Source: Solirubrobacteraceae bacterium (GTDB lineage: Bacteria; Bacteroidota; Bacteroidia; Flavobacteriales; Weeksellaceae). Taken from it: 30,010 nt of DNA. A model generated the notes under the pieces. That model saw only the letters and a list, made by a program, of their open reading frames with translations. It had not been told where the DNA came from and did not search any database. The stretch covers positions 1 to 30,010 of the forward strand of contig JBGSBU010000001.1 in NCBI GenBank assembly GCA_041730375.1, written 5' to 3'. Positions 20,273 through 30,010 of the stretch are shown one piece after another (positions within the stretch are counted from its first letter, which is position 1; the number at the start of each line of letters is the position of its first letter). Both the position numbers and the translations under genes were made by a program.

Positions 20273-21706
20273 ATGGAACAAGTTAAATTAACCCCAATTA
20301 TTGAACAAAAATACACAACCAAAACTTTCAATAAAAAAACTAAAAATCTTTTTATTGAAAGTTTTGGTTGTGCAATGAATTTTTCTGATAGCGAGGTGGT
20401 GGCATCTATATTAAAAGAAAAAAATTACGAAATAACTATAAACTCAGACCAAGCAGATTTAATTTTGCTTAACACTTGTTCTATTAGAGAAAAAGCCGAA
20501 CAAACGGTTAGAAATAGGCTTGGGAATTTTAATAACCAAAAAAGACAAAATCCTAAGTTAATAATTGGCATACTTGGTTGTATGGCAGAAAGGATTAAAG
20601 AAAAATTACTTGTAGAAGAAAAAATTGTTAATTTGGTAGTTGGTCCAGATGCTTACAGAGACCTACCTAATTTAATAGAAAACTTAGAAAATACCGGAGA
20701 AAAAGGCGTTAATGTTTTGCTTTCTAGAGACGAAACCTACGGAGAATTATTGCCAGTTAGATTAAATAACAATAAAATTAGTGCTTTTGTTACTATAACC
20801 AGAGGATGCGATAATATGTGTACTTTCTGCGTTGTACCATTTACAAGAGGAAGAGAGCGGAGCAGAGATCCTTACTCTATTTTAAACGAGTGTTTAGATT
20901 TACAGGCAAAGGGATACAAAGAAATAATTTTACTCGGGCAAAATGTAGATTCTTATATATGGTATGGTGGCGGACTCAAAAAAGATTTCAACAAAGCATC
21001 AGACATTCAAAAAGCAACAACCACAGATTTTGCCCTATTAATGGAGATGATTGCAAAAAAAATACCCGCTATTAGAATTAGATTTTCTACCTCAAATCCA
21101 CAAGATATAAAAGACAATGTATTGCACACCATGGCAAAATACCCAAATATTTGCAAAGCTATACATTTACCAGTTCAGTCTGGTAGCAACACGGTGCTTA
21201 AAAGAATGAATAGGCTACATACAAGAGAAGAATACATGGCGTTAATAGACAGAATAAGAAAAATTGTACCAAATTGCGGCATATCACAAGATATGATTGC
21301 TGGCTTTTGTGGTGAAACAGAAGAAGAGCACCAAGAAACCTTATCGTTAATGGATTATGTGAAATATAATTTTGGCTATATGTATGCCTATTCTGAAAGA
21401 CCAGGTACGTTGGCTTATAAAAAAATGAAAGACGATGTGCCTTTAGCCGTTAAAAAAAGAAGACTACAAGAAATAATAGATAAACAACAAGAAAACGCTT
21501 TATTTAGAATGAAAGAATTTCTTGGCAAAGAAGTAGAAGTATTGATTGAAAAAGAATCAAAAAAAAATAAAGACAATTGGTCTGGAAAAAATACACAAAA
21601 CGTAACCGTAGTATTTAATAAAAATGGAAGTAATAAACCGGGCGATTTTGTTAAAGTAAAAATCATAGACTGTACCACGGGTACATTGTTGGGTGTTTCT
21701 ATTTAA
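20273..21706 (+). CDS. miaB: tRNA-2-methylthio-N6-dimethylallyladenosine synthase (radical SAM methylthiotransferase)
   Basis: 477 aa with a UPF0004 domain (FGCAMN, LNTCSIRE, LGCMA), CDNMCTFC, HLPVQSGS, YSERPGT and a C-terminal TRAM domain. Confidence 0.95.
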   Translation: MEQVKLTPIIEQKYTTKTFNKKTKNLFIESFGCAMNFSDSEVVASILKEKNYEITINSDQADLILLNTCSIREKAEQTVRNRLGNFNNQKRQNPKLIIGILGCMAERIKEKLLVEEKIVNLVVGPDAYRDLPNLIENLENTGEKGVNVLLSRDETYGELLPVRLNNNKISAFVTITRGCDNMCTFCVVPFTRGRERSRDPYSILNECLDLQAKGYKEIILLGQNVDSYIWYGGGLKKDFNKASDIQKATTTDFALLMEMIAKKIPAIRIRFSTSNPQDIKDNVLHTMAKYPNICKAIHLPVQSGSNTVLKRMNRLHTREEYMALIDRIRKIVPNCGISQDMIAGFCGETEEEHQETLSLMDYVKYNFGYMYAYSERPGTLAYKKMKDDVPLAVKKRRLQEIIDKQQENALFRMKEFLGKEVEVLIEKESKKNKDNWSGKNTQNVTVVFNKNGSNKPGDFVKVKIIDCTTGTLLGVSI

Positions 21707-21716
21707 TTAATAAAGC

Positions 21717-22985
21717 ATGGATAATTTAAATACAGTAAAACAAAGATTCGGAATTATAGGGAACGACCCAAAACTAAACCATGCAATAGAAAGAACTTTA
21801 AGAATTTCGCCAACAGACATATCTGTTTTAGTAAGTGGCGAAAGTGGCGTTGGAAAAGAATTTATACCAAAAATTATTCATGCTTTTTCTGCCAGAAAAC
21901 ACAACCAATATATTGCAATAAACTGTGGAGCAATACCAGAAGGAACAATTGATAGCGAATTATTTGGACACGAAAAAGGAGCATTTACCGGAGCCTTAAC
22001 CACAAGAAAAGGCTATTTTGAAGTGGCAGATGGCGGAACCATTTTTTTAGATGAAGTGGGGGACCTTCCCTTGTCTACCCAAATTAGATTATTAAGGATT
22101 TTAGAAAGTGGCGAATTTTTAAAGGTTGGCTCTTCTGCCCTACAAAAAACCAATGTTAGAATTGTAGCAGCCACTAATATTAATTTGGTAGAAGCAATCC
22201 AGAAAGGAAAGTTTAGAGAAGATTTATATTATAGATTAAATACGGTTGAAATTAAACTACCTACTTTAAGAGAAAGAAAAGTAGATATTCCTTTTATTTT
22301 TACTAAATTTTCTAATGATTTTGCTGAAAAATATAGACGACCCTCCATAAAGCTAAGCGAAGAAGCCATGGATTTTATTAAAAATTATTCCTGGCCAGGA
22401 AATATTAGAGAATTAAAGAATTTTTCCGAGCAACTTTCTGTTGAAGAATTAAACAAGGAGGTTGATTTAGAAAAAATAAAAACATATTTTTCTGAAAAAT
22501 CAAATAGAGTATTGCTTTTAATAAATAAAAAAACAGATGAAAATAACTTTGCCAACGAAAGAGATATTTTATACCGAGTTTTATTTGATTTAAAAAAAGA
22601 CCTAAACGATTTAAAGAAAATAACACTAGAATTGATAAAAAGACCAGGAGAAAAACTAGACAGAATTGAAGATGTTGAAGCCATTCAAAGATTATTTAAC
22701 GAAAAAAACCAAATAGAAGTTATTGAAAACACTAACAATGATTTTAGTCCAATTTTAAATTCAACCTACAATCAAATAGCTAATTACCCAACCGATACAA
22801 ACCGTAATAAAGATTTTTTGCCATTAAATTCAATTGAGCTAGAATCTTTATCGCTTCAGGAAAAAGAAATAGAAATGATTAAATTAGCCTTAGATAAAAA
22901 TAAAGGGAAAAGAAATAAAGCCGCTCAAGAGTTAGGCATTTCAGAAAGAACGCTTTACAGAAAAATAAAACAATTTGATTTATAA
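21717..22985 (+). CDS. Sigma54-dependent transcriptional activator (bacterial enhancer-binding protein, AAA+ and Fis-type HTH, no N-terminal sensor domain)
   Basis: Walker A GESGVGKE, GHEKGAFTGA, Walker B IFLDEVG, REDLYYRL, WPGNIREL and C-terminal HTH AAQELGISERTLYRKI. Confidence 0.92.
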   Translation: MDNLNTVKQRFGIIGNDPKLNHAIERTLRISPTDISVLVSGESGVGKEFIPKIIHAFSARKHNQYIAINCGAIPEGTIDSELFGHEKGAFTGALTTRKGYFEVADGGTIFLDEVGDLPLSTQIRLLRILESGEFLKVGSSALQKTNVRIVAATNINLVEAIQKGKFREDLYYRLNTVEIKLPTLRERKVDIPFIFTKFSNDFAEKYRRPSIKLSEEAMDFIKNYSWPGNIRELKNFSEQLSVEELNKEVDLEKIKTYFSEKSNRVLLLINKKTDENNFANERDILYRVLFDLKKDLNDLKKITLELIKRPGEKLDRIEDVEAIQRLFNEKNQIEVIENTNNDFSPILNSTYNQIANYPTDTNRNKDFLPLNSIELESLSLQEKEIEMIKLALDKNKGKRNKAAQELGISERTLYRKIKQFDL

Positions 22986-22999
22986 AAAACTAAACTATT

Positions 23000-23500
23000 A
23001 TGAAATTTATTTTTAAAATTGGGTTACTCTTCATAACCCTTCATTTATTTTTTGGGTGTTATTCTTTGGTTGGTTCTTCTTTAAATAAAAACATTAAAAC
23101 AGCAAAGGTTTTTACTATTGTAAATAATGCGCCGTTAAAAAACCTTGGATTAGCAAATAATTTCACTAATTCTTTAACCAATAGAATAGACGAAAGAACT
23201 AACCTAACTTTAACAAACGAGCAAGGCGATATTAGTATAAAAGGAGAAATAACAAAGTATGAATTAAGTTTTGCCAACATCTCGTCTGAGGGGGGAGCAA
23301 GTCAAAATAGATTAAGTATTGGTATAAATATTATCTACGAAAATAAAATAGAGCCTTTAAAGAATTTTACTAAATTATACGAAGATTACGAGAACTTTAA
23401 TGCCAATTTATCATTATCAAATGTAGAGAGTTCTTTGGTGCAAGTAATTACAGAAAAACTTATAGATAAAATTTTTAACGACATAATAACAGATTGGTAA
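23000..23500 (+). CDS. lptE: LptE-family lipoprotein (LPS assembly)
   Basis: Lipobox FFGC-YS, a 166-aa size and a position between the sigma54 activator and secG, as typical in Bacteroidota. Confidence 0.7.
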   Translation: MKFIFKIGLLFITLHLFFGCYSLVGSSLNKNIKTAKVFTIVNNAPLKNLGLANNFTNSLTNRIDERTNLTLTNEQGDISIKGEITKYELSFANISSEGGASQNRLSIGINIIYENKIEPLKNFTKLYEDYENFNANLSLSNVESSLVQVITEKLIDKIFNDIITDW

Positions 23501-24418
23501 ATGAATATCTTTTTAAGCATTGAAAATAAATTAGCGGGTTTAAACACTGAAAATAAAGAGCAACTACATTTTGTTGATGAGTTAATTTTAAAATATCCGT
23601 ATGCTACTTTTTTGCAATTAATACGCATTAATGCTTTAAAAAAATTAGATGTAAGTTTAAATCAAAAAGAAATAAGTAAGGTTTATGGTTTATTTCCACA
23701 AAGAAATTTTTTACATCTATTAAATTGTGTAGAAAATAATGAGGAAAATATAATTGAAAAAGAAACAAAGCCGTTAAATGAACAAATTATAGCAGAAACG
23801 CTAACCAATTCATTAAACACCAATGAAATTATTGTTAAGAATGAAATAACTAACCTAGATTTTATAAGCAATAAAAATAATTTAACTGCAAAATCAGTAG
23901 AACCAAAAACCACTATAAATGAATTTATAAATGAAATTGGAACAACAGAAATTCCGGTTGTTTTAGAGGCTTTAATAAATAAATACTACAAAGAAAACAC
24001 AAGTGGTCAATTAAACCGCTTAAAAAACCAAGAAGAGCCAGAGGAAAATTTATTTCAAACCATAGATTTAAACAAAAAAATGTCTTTTAAAGAATGGGCA
24101 AACTTGTCTAATAAAATTCAAAAAAATGCATTAAAAGAAATTAAAAAACCCAATCAAAATTTTATTATTGAAAAATTTTTAAGAGAAAATCCTAAAATAA
24201 GTAAACCTAATGATGATTTTGAGAGTAAGGAAATAAATTATGATTCTCCTGAAATTTACTCTATAATGACAGAAACTTTAGCAGAAATATACGTTGACCA
24301 AAAGAAATACGAAAAAGCAATTGAAGGATATACTATATTAAGTTTGAAACTTCCTGAAAAAAACCTTTACTTTGCAGATAAAATAAATCAAATTAATTTA
24401 AAAAGTATACACAATTAA
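23501..24418 (+). CDS. Conserved Bacteroidota hypothetical protein with a C-terminal TPR-like motif
   Basis: C-terminal IEKFLRENPKI and MTETLAEIYVDQKKYEKAI...PEKNLYFA. It abuts lptE and secG with zero-nt gaps (TAAATG at both junctions). Confidence 0.75.
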   Translation: MNIFLSIENKLAGLNTENKEQLHFVDELILKYPYATFLQLIRINALKKLDVSLNQKEISKVYGLFPQRNFLHLLNCVENNEENIIEKETKPLNEQIIAETLTNSLNTNEIIVKNEITNLDFISNKNNLTAKSVEPKTTINEFINEIGTTEIPVVLEALINKYYKENTSGQLNRLKNQEEPEENLFQTIDLNKKMSFKEWANLSNKIQKNALKEIKKPNQNFIIEKFLRENPKISKPNDDFESKEINYDSPEIYSIMTETLAEIYVDQKKYEKAIEGYTILSLKLPEKNLYFADKINQINLKSIHN

Positions 24419-24736
24419 ATGGAATCAATTTTTACAGTTTTAATGGTTTTAATAGTTCTTTTGTGCATTTGTTTAGTCTTAGTAATTCTTGTTCAAAACC
24501 CCAAAGGAGGTGGATTGTCATCTACTTTTGGTGCTACCAGTTCACAAACATTTGGCGTACAAGAAACCAACGATTTTTTAAATAGAGCCACCTGGGTTTT
24601 ATCTTCAAGCATAGTGGTTTTAATATTTGTTTCAAGTATTTTAATGAGTAGGTCTGTAAACGCTAAAAAAGACATAGCGCCCAGTTCCATACAAAAAGAA
24701 GTACCTGCAGAAAATACCCAATCGAAGAAAAAATAA
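24419..24736 (+). CDS. secG: Preprotein translocase subunit SecG
   Basis: Two TM helices flanking VLVILVQNPKGGGLSSTFG...FLNRATW. Confidence 0.93.
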   Translation: MESIFTVLMVLIVLLCICLVLVILVQNPKGGGLSSTFGATSSQTFGVQETNDFLNRATWVLSSSIVVLIFVSSILMSRSVNAKKDIAPSSIQKEVPAENTQSKKK

Positions 24737-24801
24737 TTATCCTAAATCTTTATTAGGTATAGTGCTTTTTTGCTTGTTAAACTTAAACTTTGTTTTTGTT
24801 G

Positions 24802-24883
24802 TGACAAACTGACTGCTATTGATCTTTTATACACGTCATTTATTCTATTTTAAAAAAAAAAAATGGCTTGGCATATTTTTAGC
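24802..24883 (+). promoter_or_regulatory. Candidate sigma54 (-24/-12) promoter for groESL with an upstream TGAC-AAAC-TGAC activator site
   Basis: TTGGCATATTTTTAGC (24868-24883) has GG-N10-GC spacing. TGACAAACTGAC lies at 24802-24813. No TAnnTTTG was found in this intergenic region. Confidence 0.5.
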
Positions 24884-24930
24884 TAATAATATTGAGTGTA
24901 CATTAAAAAACTTAAAAAATTTATTTAAAA

Positions 24931-25209
24931 ATGAGTAAAATTAATATCAAACCACTTGCAGACAGAGTTCTTGTAGAGCCTGCTGTTGCAGAAACCAAAA
25001 CAGCTTCAGGCATTATTATTCCAGATTCTGCAAAAGAAAAGCCTCAACAAGGAATTGTAGTTGCTATTGGTACAGGAAAACCAGATGAGCCTTTAACCGT
25101 TAAAGTTGGAGACAAAGTTATGTATGGTAAATATTCTGGATCGGAAATTCAATTAGATGGGGTAGACTATTTAATGATGAGAGAGTCTGACATTTTAGCA
25201 ATTATTTAA
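24931..25209 (+). CDS. groES: Co-chaperonin GroES
   Basis: 92 aa with [28 protein letters not shown] and ESDILAII. Confidence 0.98.
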   Translation: MSKINIKPLADRVLVEPAVAETKTASGIIIPDSAKEKPQQGIVVAIGTGKPDEPLTVKVGDKVMYGKYSGSEIQLDGVDYLMMRESDILAII

Positions 25210-25215
25210 AAATAA

Positions 25216-26871
<1,656 letters not shown>

Positions 26872-26884
26872 TTCATAATATTTT

Positions 26885-26923
26885 AAAAAAGAGGCTTTCT
26901 AAGTAGAAAGCCTCTTTTTTTTT
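26885..26923 (+). terminator. Intrinsic terminator after groEL
   Basis: GAGGCTTTCT-AAGT-AGAAAGCCTC stem-loop, preceded by A6 and followed by T9. Confidence 0.92.
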
Positions 26924-26962
26924 GTAAAAATTAATTTGTAAATTAAGTATTAAATAACTTTT

Positions 26963-27523
26963 ATGTTAGAAATCATTAAACAACCTTGGCATTGGGCGTT
27001 AGCAGGTACTTTGATTGGCTTATTTGTTCCTTTATTACTACTTATTGGAAATAAAAAATTTGGGGTTTCTTCTTCCTTGCAGCACTTTTGCGCCATGTGC
27101 ATACCAATAAAAATTTCCATTTTTTGATTATGATTGGCGAAAAGAACTATGGAATTTATTTTTGGAATACTAATTGGTAGCTTTATTGCTTCGCAATTCT
27201 TAACCAATTCAAATGATATGGTTATAGCAAAAAAAACAAAAACACTTCTTTCTCAATGGGGCATAACTAATTACAGCAATCAACTTCCAATTGAAATATT
27301 TTCAATTAAAAACATTGCAACCATTAAAGGTGTTTTCTTTTTCTTCTTTGGGGGATTTTTAGTGGGTTTTGGAACAAGGTATGCTGGCGGATGTACCAGC
27401 GGACATTCCATTATGGGTTTATCTAATCTGCAATTGCCTTCTTTAATTGCCACTTGTTGCTTTATGATTGGTGGTTTTTTCTCTGCCAATATAATATTGC
27501 CGTTATTCTTTAAATATTTTTAA
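26963..27523 (+). pseudogene. YeeE/YedE (thiosulfate/sulfur transporter family) gene disrupted by two compensating frameshifts
   Basis: ATG 26963 gives MLEIIKQPWHWALAG...GNKKFGVSSSLQHFCAMC, then TGA at 27125 and 27131. The family-like segment FFDYDWRKELWNLF is in a shifted frame (27120-27161). The original frame resumes and contains GFGTRYAGGCTSGH. Confidence 0.75.
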
Positions 27524-27524
27524 C

Positions 27525-27935
27525 ATGAAAAATTTTAACTACCTAGTTTTAGGAATTCTTTTTGGAATTATATTAGTAAAAGCCCAAATCATAAGCTGGT
27601 TTCGCATACAAGAAATGTTTCATTTGCATTCGTTTTTTATGTTTGGCGTTATTAGAATAGCCATAATAGTTGGTATGTTCTCTATATTTCTTATTAAAAA
27701 AATTAATATTAAAACAATTGGTGGTGAGCATATAACGTTTGAAGAGAAAAAATTTACCAAAGGAAACATCATTGGCGGACTTATCTTTGGCATGGGTTGG
27801 GCAATTACTGGCGCTTGTCCTGGTCCGTTATTTGCACAAATTGGAAGCGGCTTTTTAGCCATACTTATTACATTTATAAGTGCTTTGGCCAGTACTTGGG
27901 TATATGGTTATTTTCAAAATAAATTACCGCACTAA
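27525..27935 (+). CDS. YeeE/YedE-family small membrane subunit (partner of the upstream gene)
   Basis: 136 aa with SWFRIQEMF and GGLIFGMGWAITGACPGP. Confidence 0.8.
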   Translation: MKNFNYLVLGILFGIILVKAQIISWFRIQEMFHLHSFFMFGVIRIAIIVGMFSIFLIKKINIKTIGGEHITFEEKKFTKGNIIGGLIFGMGWAITGACPGPLFAQIGSGFLAILITFISALASTWVYGYFQNKLPH

Positions 27936-28026
27936 AAAATTAATACTAAACCATTCCATGTTACTTTGTTATTCTAGTACAAAAGCTTAATTTCGGGATG
28001 ATTTATTTAAATTTAACTGTAAAACT

Positions 28027-29115
28027 ATGAAAAATATTTGTTTTTTTAATAGCACAAATTTTTGGGGCGGAGGAGAAAAGCTTCATCTTGAAAATGCAAT
28101 CGAGTTTAAAGAAATAAATTATAATGTAATTTTATTATCAAAATTCAACTCGCCATTATGGAAAAAGGCAAATGAAAAAAACCTTAAAACACATCCAATA
28201 AAAGTTAAAAATCTTTCTTTTTTAAACCCAATAAAAATAGTAAAACTAGTTTTTTTCTATAAAATTAAATCTATTGATACTGTTGTTTTTTCTACTTCAG
28301 AGGATTTAAAATTTGGTTCTATTGCCGCATATTTAGCCGGAATAAAAAGAATAGTATATCTAAGAGGCTTGGCTGTACCTATTAAAAATAATTTTATAAA
28401 TAGATTTATATTTAATCATATTCTTACACATATTATTGCAAATTCTAATGAAACAAAAAAAAATATGCTAAAACATTTAGAGAGGCATGTTAGAGAAGAA
28501 AAAATTAATATCATTTATCATGGAATTTCTATTGAAAATCAAAAAACGAATACATTAGAAGAAATTGAGAAAAACAAACATGGTATTGTTTTAGGAAATG
28601 CAGGTAGATTAACCGAGCAGAAAGGGCAAGACAAATTGATAGAAATAGCCAAAAAACTTTATGAACAAAATATTGACTTCACACTTTTCATTGCTGGAGA
28701 AGGTAATTTGAAGTCACAATTAGAACATTTAATAGAAAAACATGAACTTAAGAATCATGTTGTATTACTAGGTCATGTTGAAGATATGGAAGGGTTTATG
28801 AACTCTATTGATATTTTTCTTTTATCCTCGATTTGGGAAGGATTTGGATTTGTTTTGGCAGAGGCAATGTTAAAATCAAAACCTATTGTAGCCTTTGATA
28901 TATCTAGTAATCCTGAACTTGTTGAAAATGGAAAATCTGGATTTCTTGTGAAATATTCCAATTTAGATGATTTCACAAATAAAATAATACGCTTAACAAA
29001 AGATAAAGCATTACGCGAAAATATGGGAAATGAGGGATTAAAAAGTGTGATGAAAAAATTTGTTTTAAAAGATAGAATTCTTGAAATAGAAGCTTATTTA
29101 AAATCAACCCCATAA
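28027..29115 (+). CDS. Glycosyltransferase family 4 (GT-B)
   Basis: N-terminal WGGGEK, GRLTEQKG, FIAGEG and SIWEGFGFVLAEAML...PIVA (EX7E motif). Confidence 0.92.
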   Translation: MKNICFFNSTNFWGGGEKLHLENAIEFKEINYNVILLSKFNSPLWKKANEKNLKTHPIKVKNLSFLNPIKIVKLVFFYKIKSIDTVVFSTSEDLKFGSIAAYLAGIKRIVYLRGLAVPIKNNFINRFIFNHILTHIIANSNETKKNMLKHLERHVREEKINIIYHGISIENQKTNTLEEIEKNKHGIVLGNAGRLTEQKGQDKLIEIAKKLYEQNIDFTLFIAGEGNLKSQLEHLIEKHELKNHVVLLGHVEDMEGFMNSIDIFLLSSIWEGFGFVLAEAMLKSKPIVAFDISSNPELVENGKSGFLVKYSNLDDFTNKIIRLTKDKALRENMGNEGLKSVMKKFVLKDRILEIEAYLKSTP

Positions 29116-29128
29116 AACAAGTTAATTT

Positions 29129-30010
29129 TTAAGAATTAAGAACTATTTCAATCCAATTTTTAAAACCATATTTTAATTTAATTTTTTCTTCAATCTTTAC
29201 ATAGGGTTTTTGTAAAAAATCTTTTAATTTGTTATAATTATCTTTTTCTAAAATAAATATGTTATTTGGGTGGTAAAAATCATATTTTTTTACATTTTTA
29301 TTATTGGTAACTAATTTTTTATCGAAACATAACGCCTCAAATGTTCTAAAAGATAGGCCATTATGTGTATTATTTAAAAAATCCAGGCAAATTGTTGAGG
29401 ATTTTAAATAGGCTAAATAATCATCATAAGCTAATGGTTTATTTGTGATTTCTATTTTAGAATTATTACATTTAATTGATTGATTTGAAAGTAAAATAAC
29501 TTTATATGTCATTTGTAAGTCATCTAAAACTGTTAGTAAAGATTCTATTTTAGACATTCTTTCCTTTATATAGGTTCCTACAAAAAAAAAGTCTTGATAA
29601 ATAGCGTCATCTTGTTTTGCATCATAATCAAAATAAAAATTGTTTAACAAAGATACATTCTGAGTATTTTTATCTTTTTCATCAAAGACATAAAACTTAT
29701 CATAATAAGCAATATGTTTATAAATTACAGGAAATCTATGTAATCCATCCCATTGATAACCAATTGTTTTTTTAGATTTATCCTTAATTTTTTTAATAAT
29801 ATCAATTGGGTATATATCTGAACGAACAATTAATGCATAATCTACTTTAGTTTCTATAGATTCAATCTTATTTAAGATTTCAGTCTTTGCATTTTTTATT
29901 TTTAGTTGAGTTTTATATTCATAATCATTAAAAAACAACTTTCTAAATGCATGAATTAATTTATCAATCGGGTTTTTAATTCTAAAATTGTGTTCATTAT
30001 AACTAACATC
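29129..30010 (-). CDS. Partial (5' end beyond window) LPS/capsule biosynthesis glycosyltransferase-like protein
   Basis: The frame is open from 29938 to the window edge (DVSYNEHNFRIKNPIDKLIHAFRK). Motifs YQWDG and GLSFRTFEAL...KKLVTNN...YDFYHPNNI resemble surface-polysaccharide-locus proteins. The product is tentative. Confidence 0.6.
   Translation of the reverse strand, partial: DVSYNEHNFRIKNPIDKLIHAFRKLFFNDYEYKTQLKIKNAKTEILNKIESIETKVDYALIVRSDIYPIDIIKKIKDKSKKTIGYQWDGLHRFPVIYKHIAYYDKFYVFDEKDKNTQNVSLLNNFYFDYDAKQDDAIYQDFFFVGTYIKERMSKIESLLTVLDDLQMTYKVILLSNQSIKCNNSKIEITNKPLAYDDYLAYLKSSTICLDFLNNTHNGLSFRTFEALCFDKKLVTNNKNVKKYDFYHPNNIFILEKDNYNKLKDFLQKPYVKIEEKIKLKYGFKNWIEIVLNS

Noticed and set aside
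24879-24898. Possible CIRCE element before groES (TTAGC...GAGTG)
   Set aside because: The half-sites are incomplete and 3 nt closer than in TTAGCACTC-N9-GAGTGCTAA.
29936-29938. TTG 29938 as the start of the last gene
   Set aside because: The frame stays open to the window edge, so the gene probably begins outside the window.

Overview
AT-rich chromosomal window from a Bacteroidota (Flavobacteriales) bacterium. The PurA sequence looks Weeksellaceae-like (recalled similarity, not searched). Most of the window is intact housekeeping genes: xth, holB, sdhC/sdhA/sdhB, a sterol-desaturase-family gene, argH, dnaG, gyrB, purA, an acyltransferase-3 gene, miaB, a sigma54 activator, lptE, a hypothetical gene, secG, groES/groEL, a YeeE/YedE pair and two surface-glycan genes. 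The main anomaly is a 4,378-bp insert between sdhC and sdhA, bounded by an exact 20-bp direct repeat (TTTTTTAACTCTTAATTAAA at 3051-3070 and 7429-7448) that contains the sdhC stop codon. Removing it restores a compact sdhCAB operon with a 14-nt sdhC-sdhA spacer. The insert holds two decayed genes for fibre/adhesin-like proteins and a candidate outward promoter for sdhAB, but no integrase. A second candidate system is a sigma54-type (-24/-12) promoter upstream of groESL. A GTCA-N4-GTCA motif lies upstream of it and recurs upstream of the operon encoding a sensor-less sigma54 activator. No rRNA, tRNA, CRISPR array or transposase was recognised.
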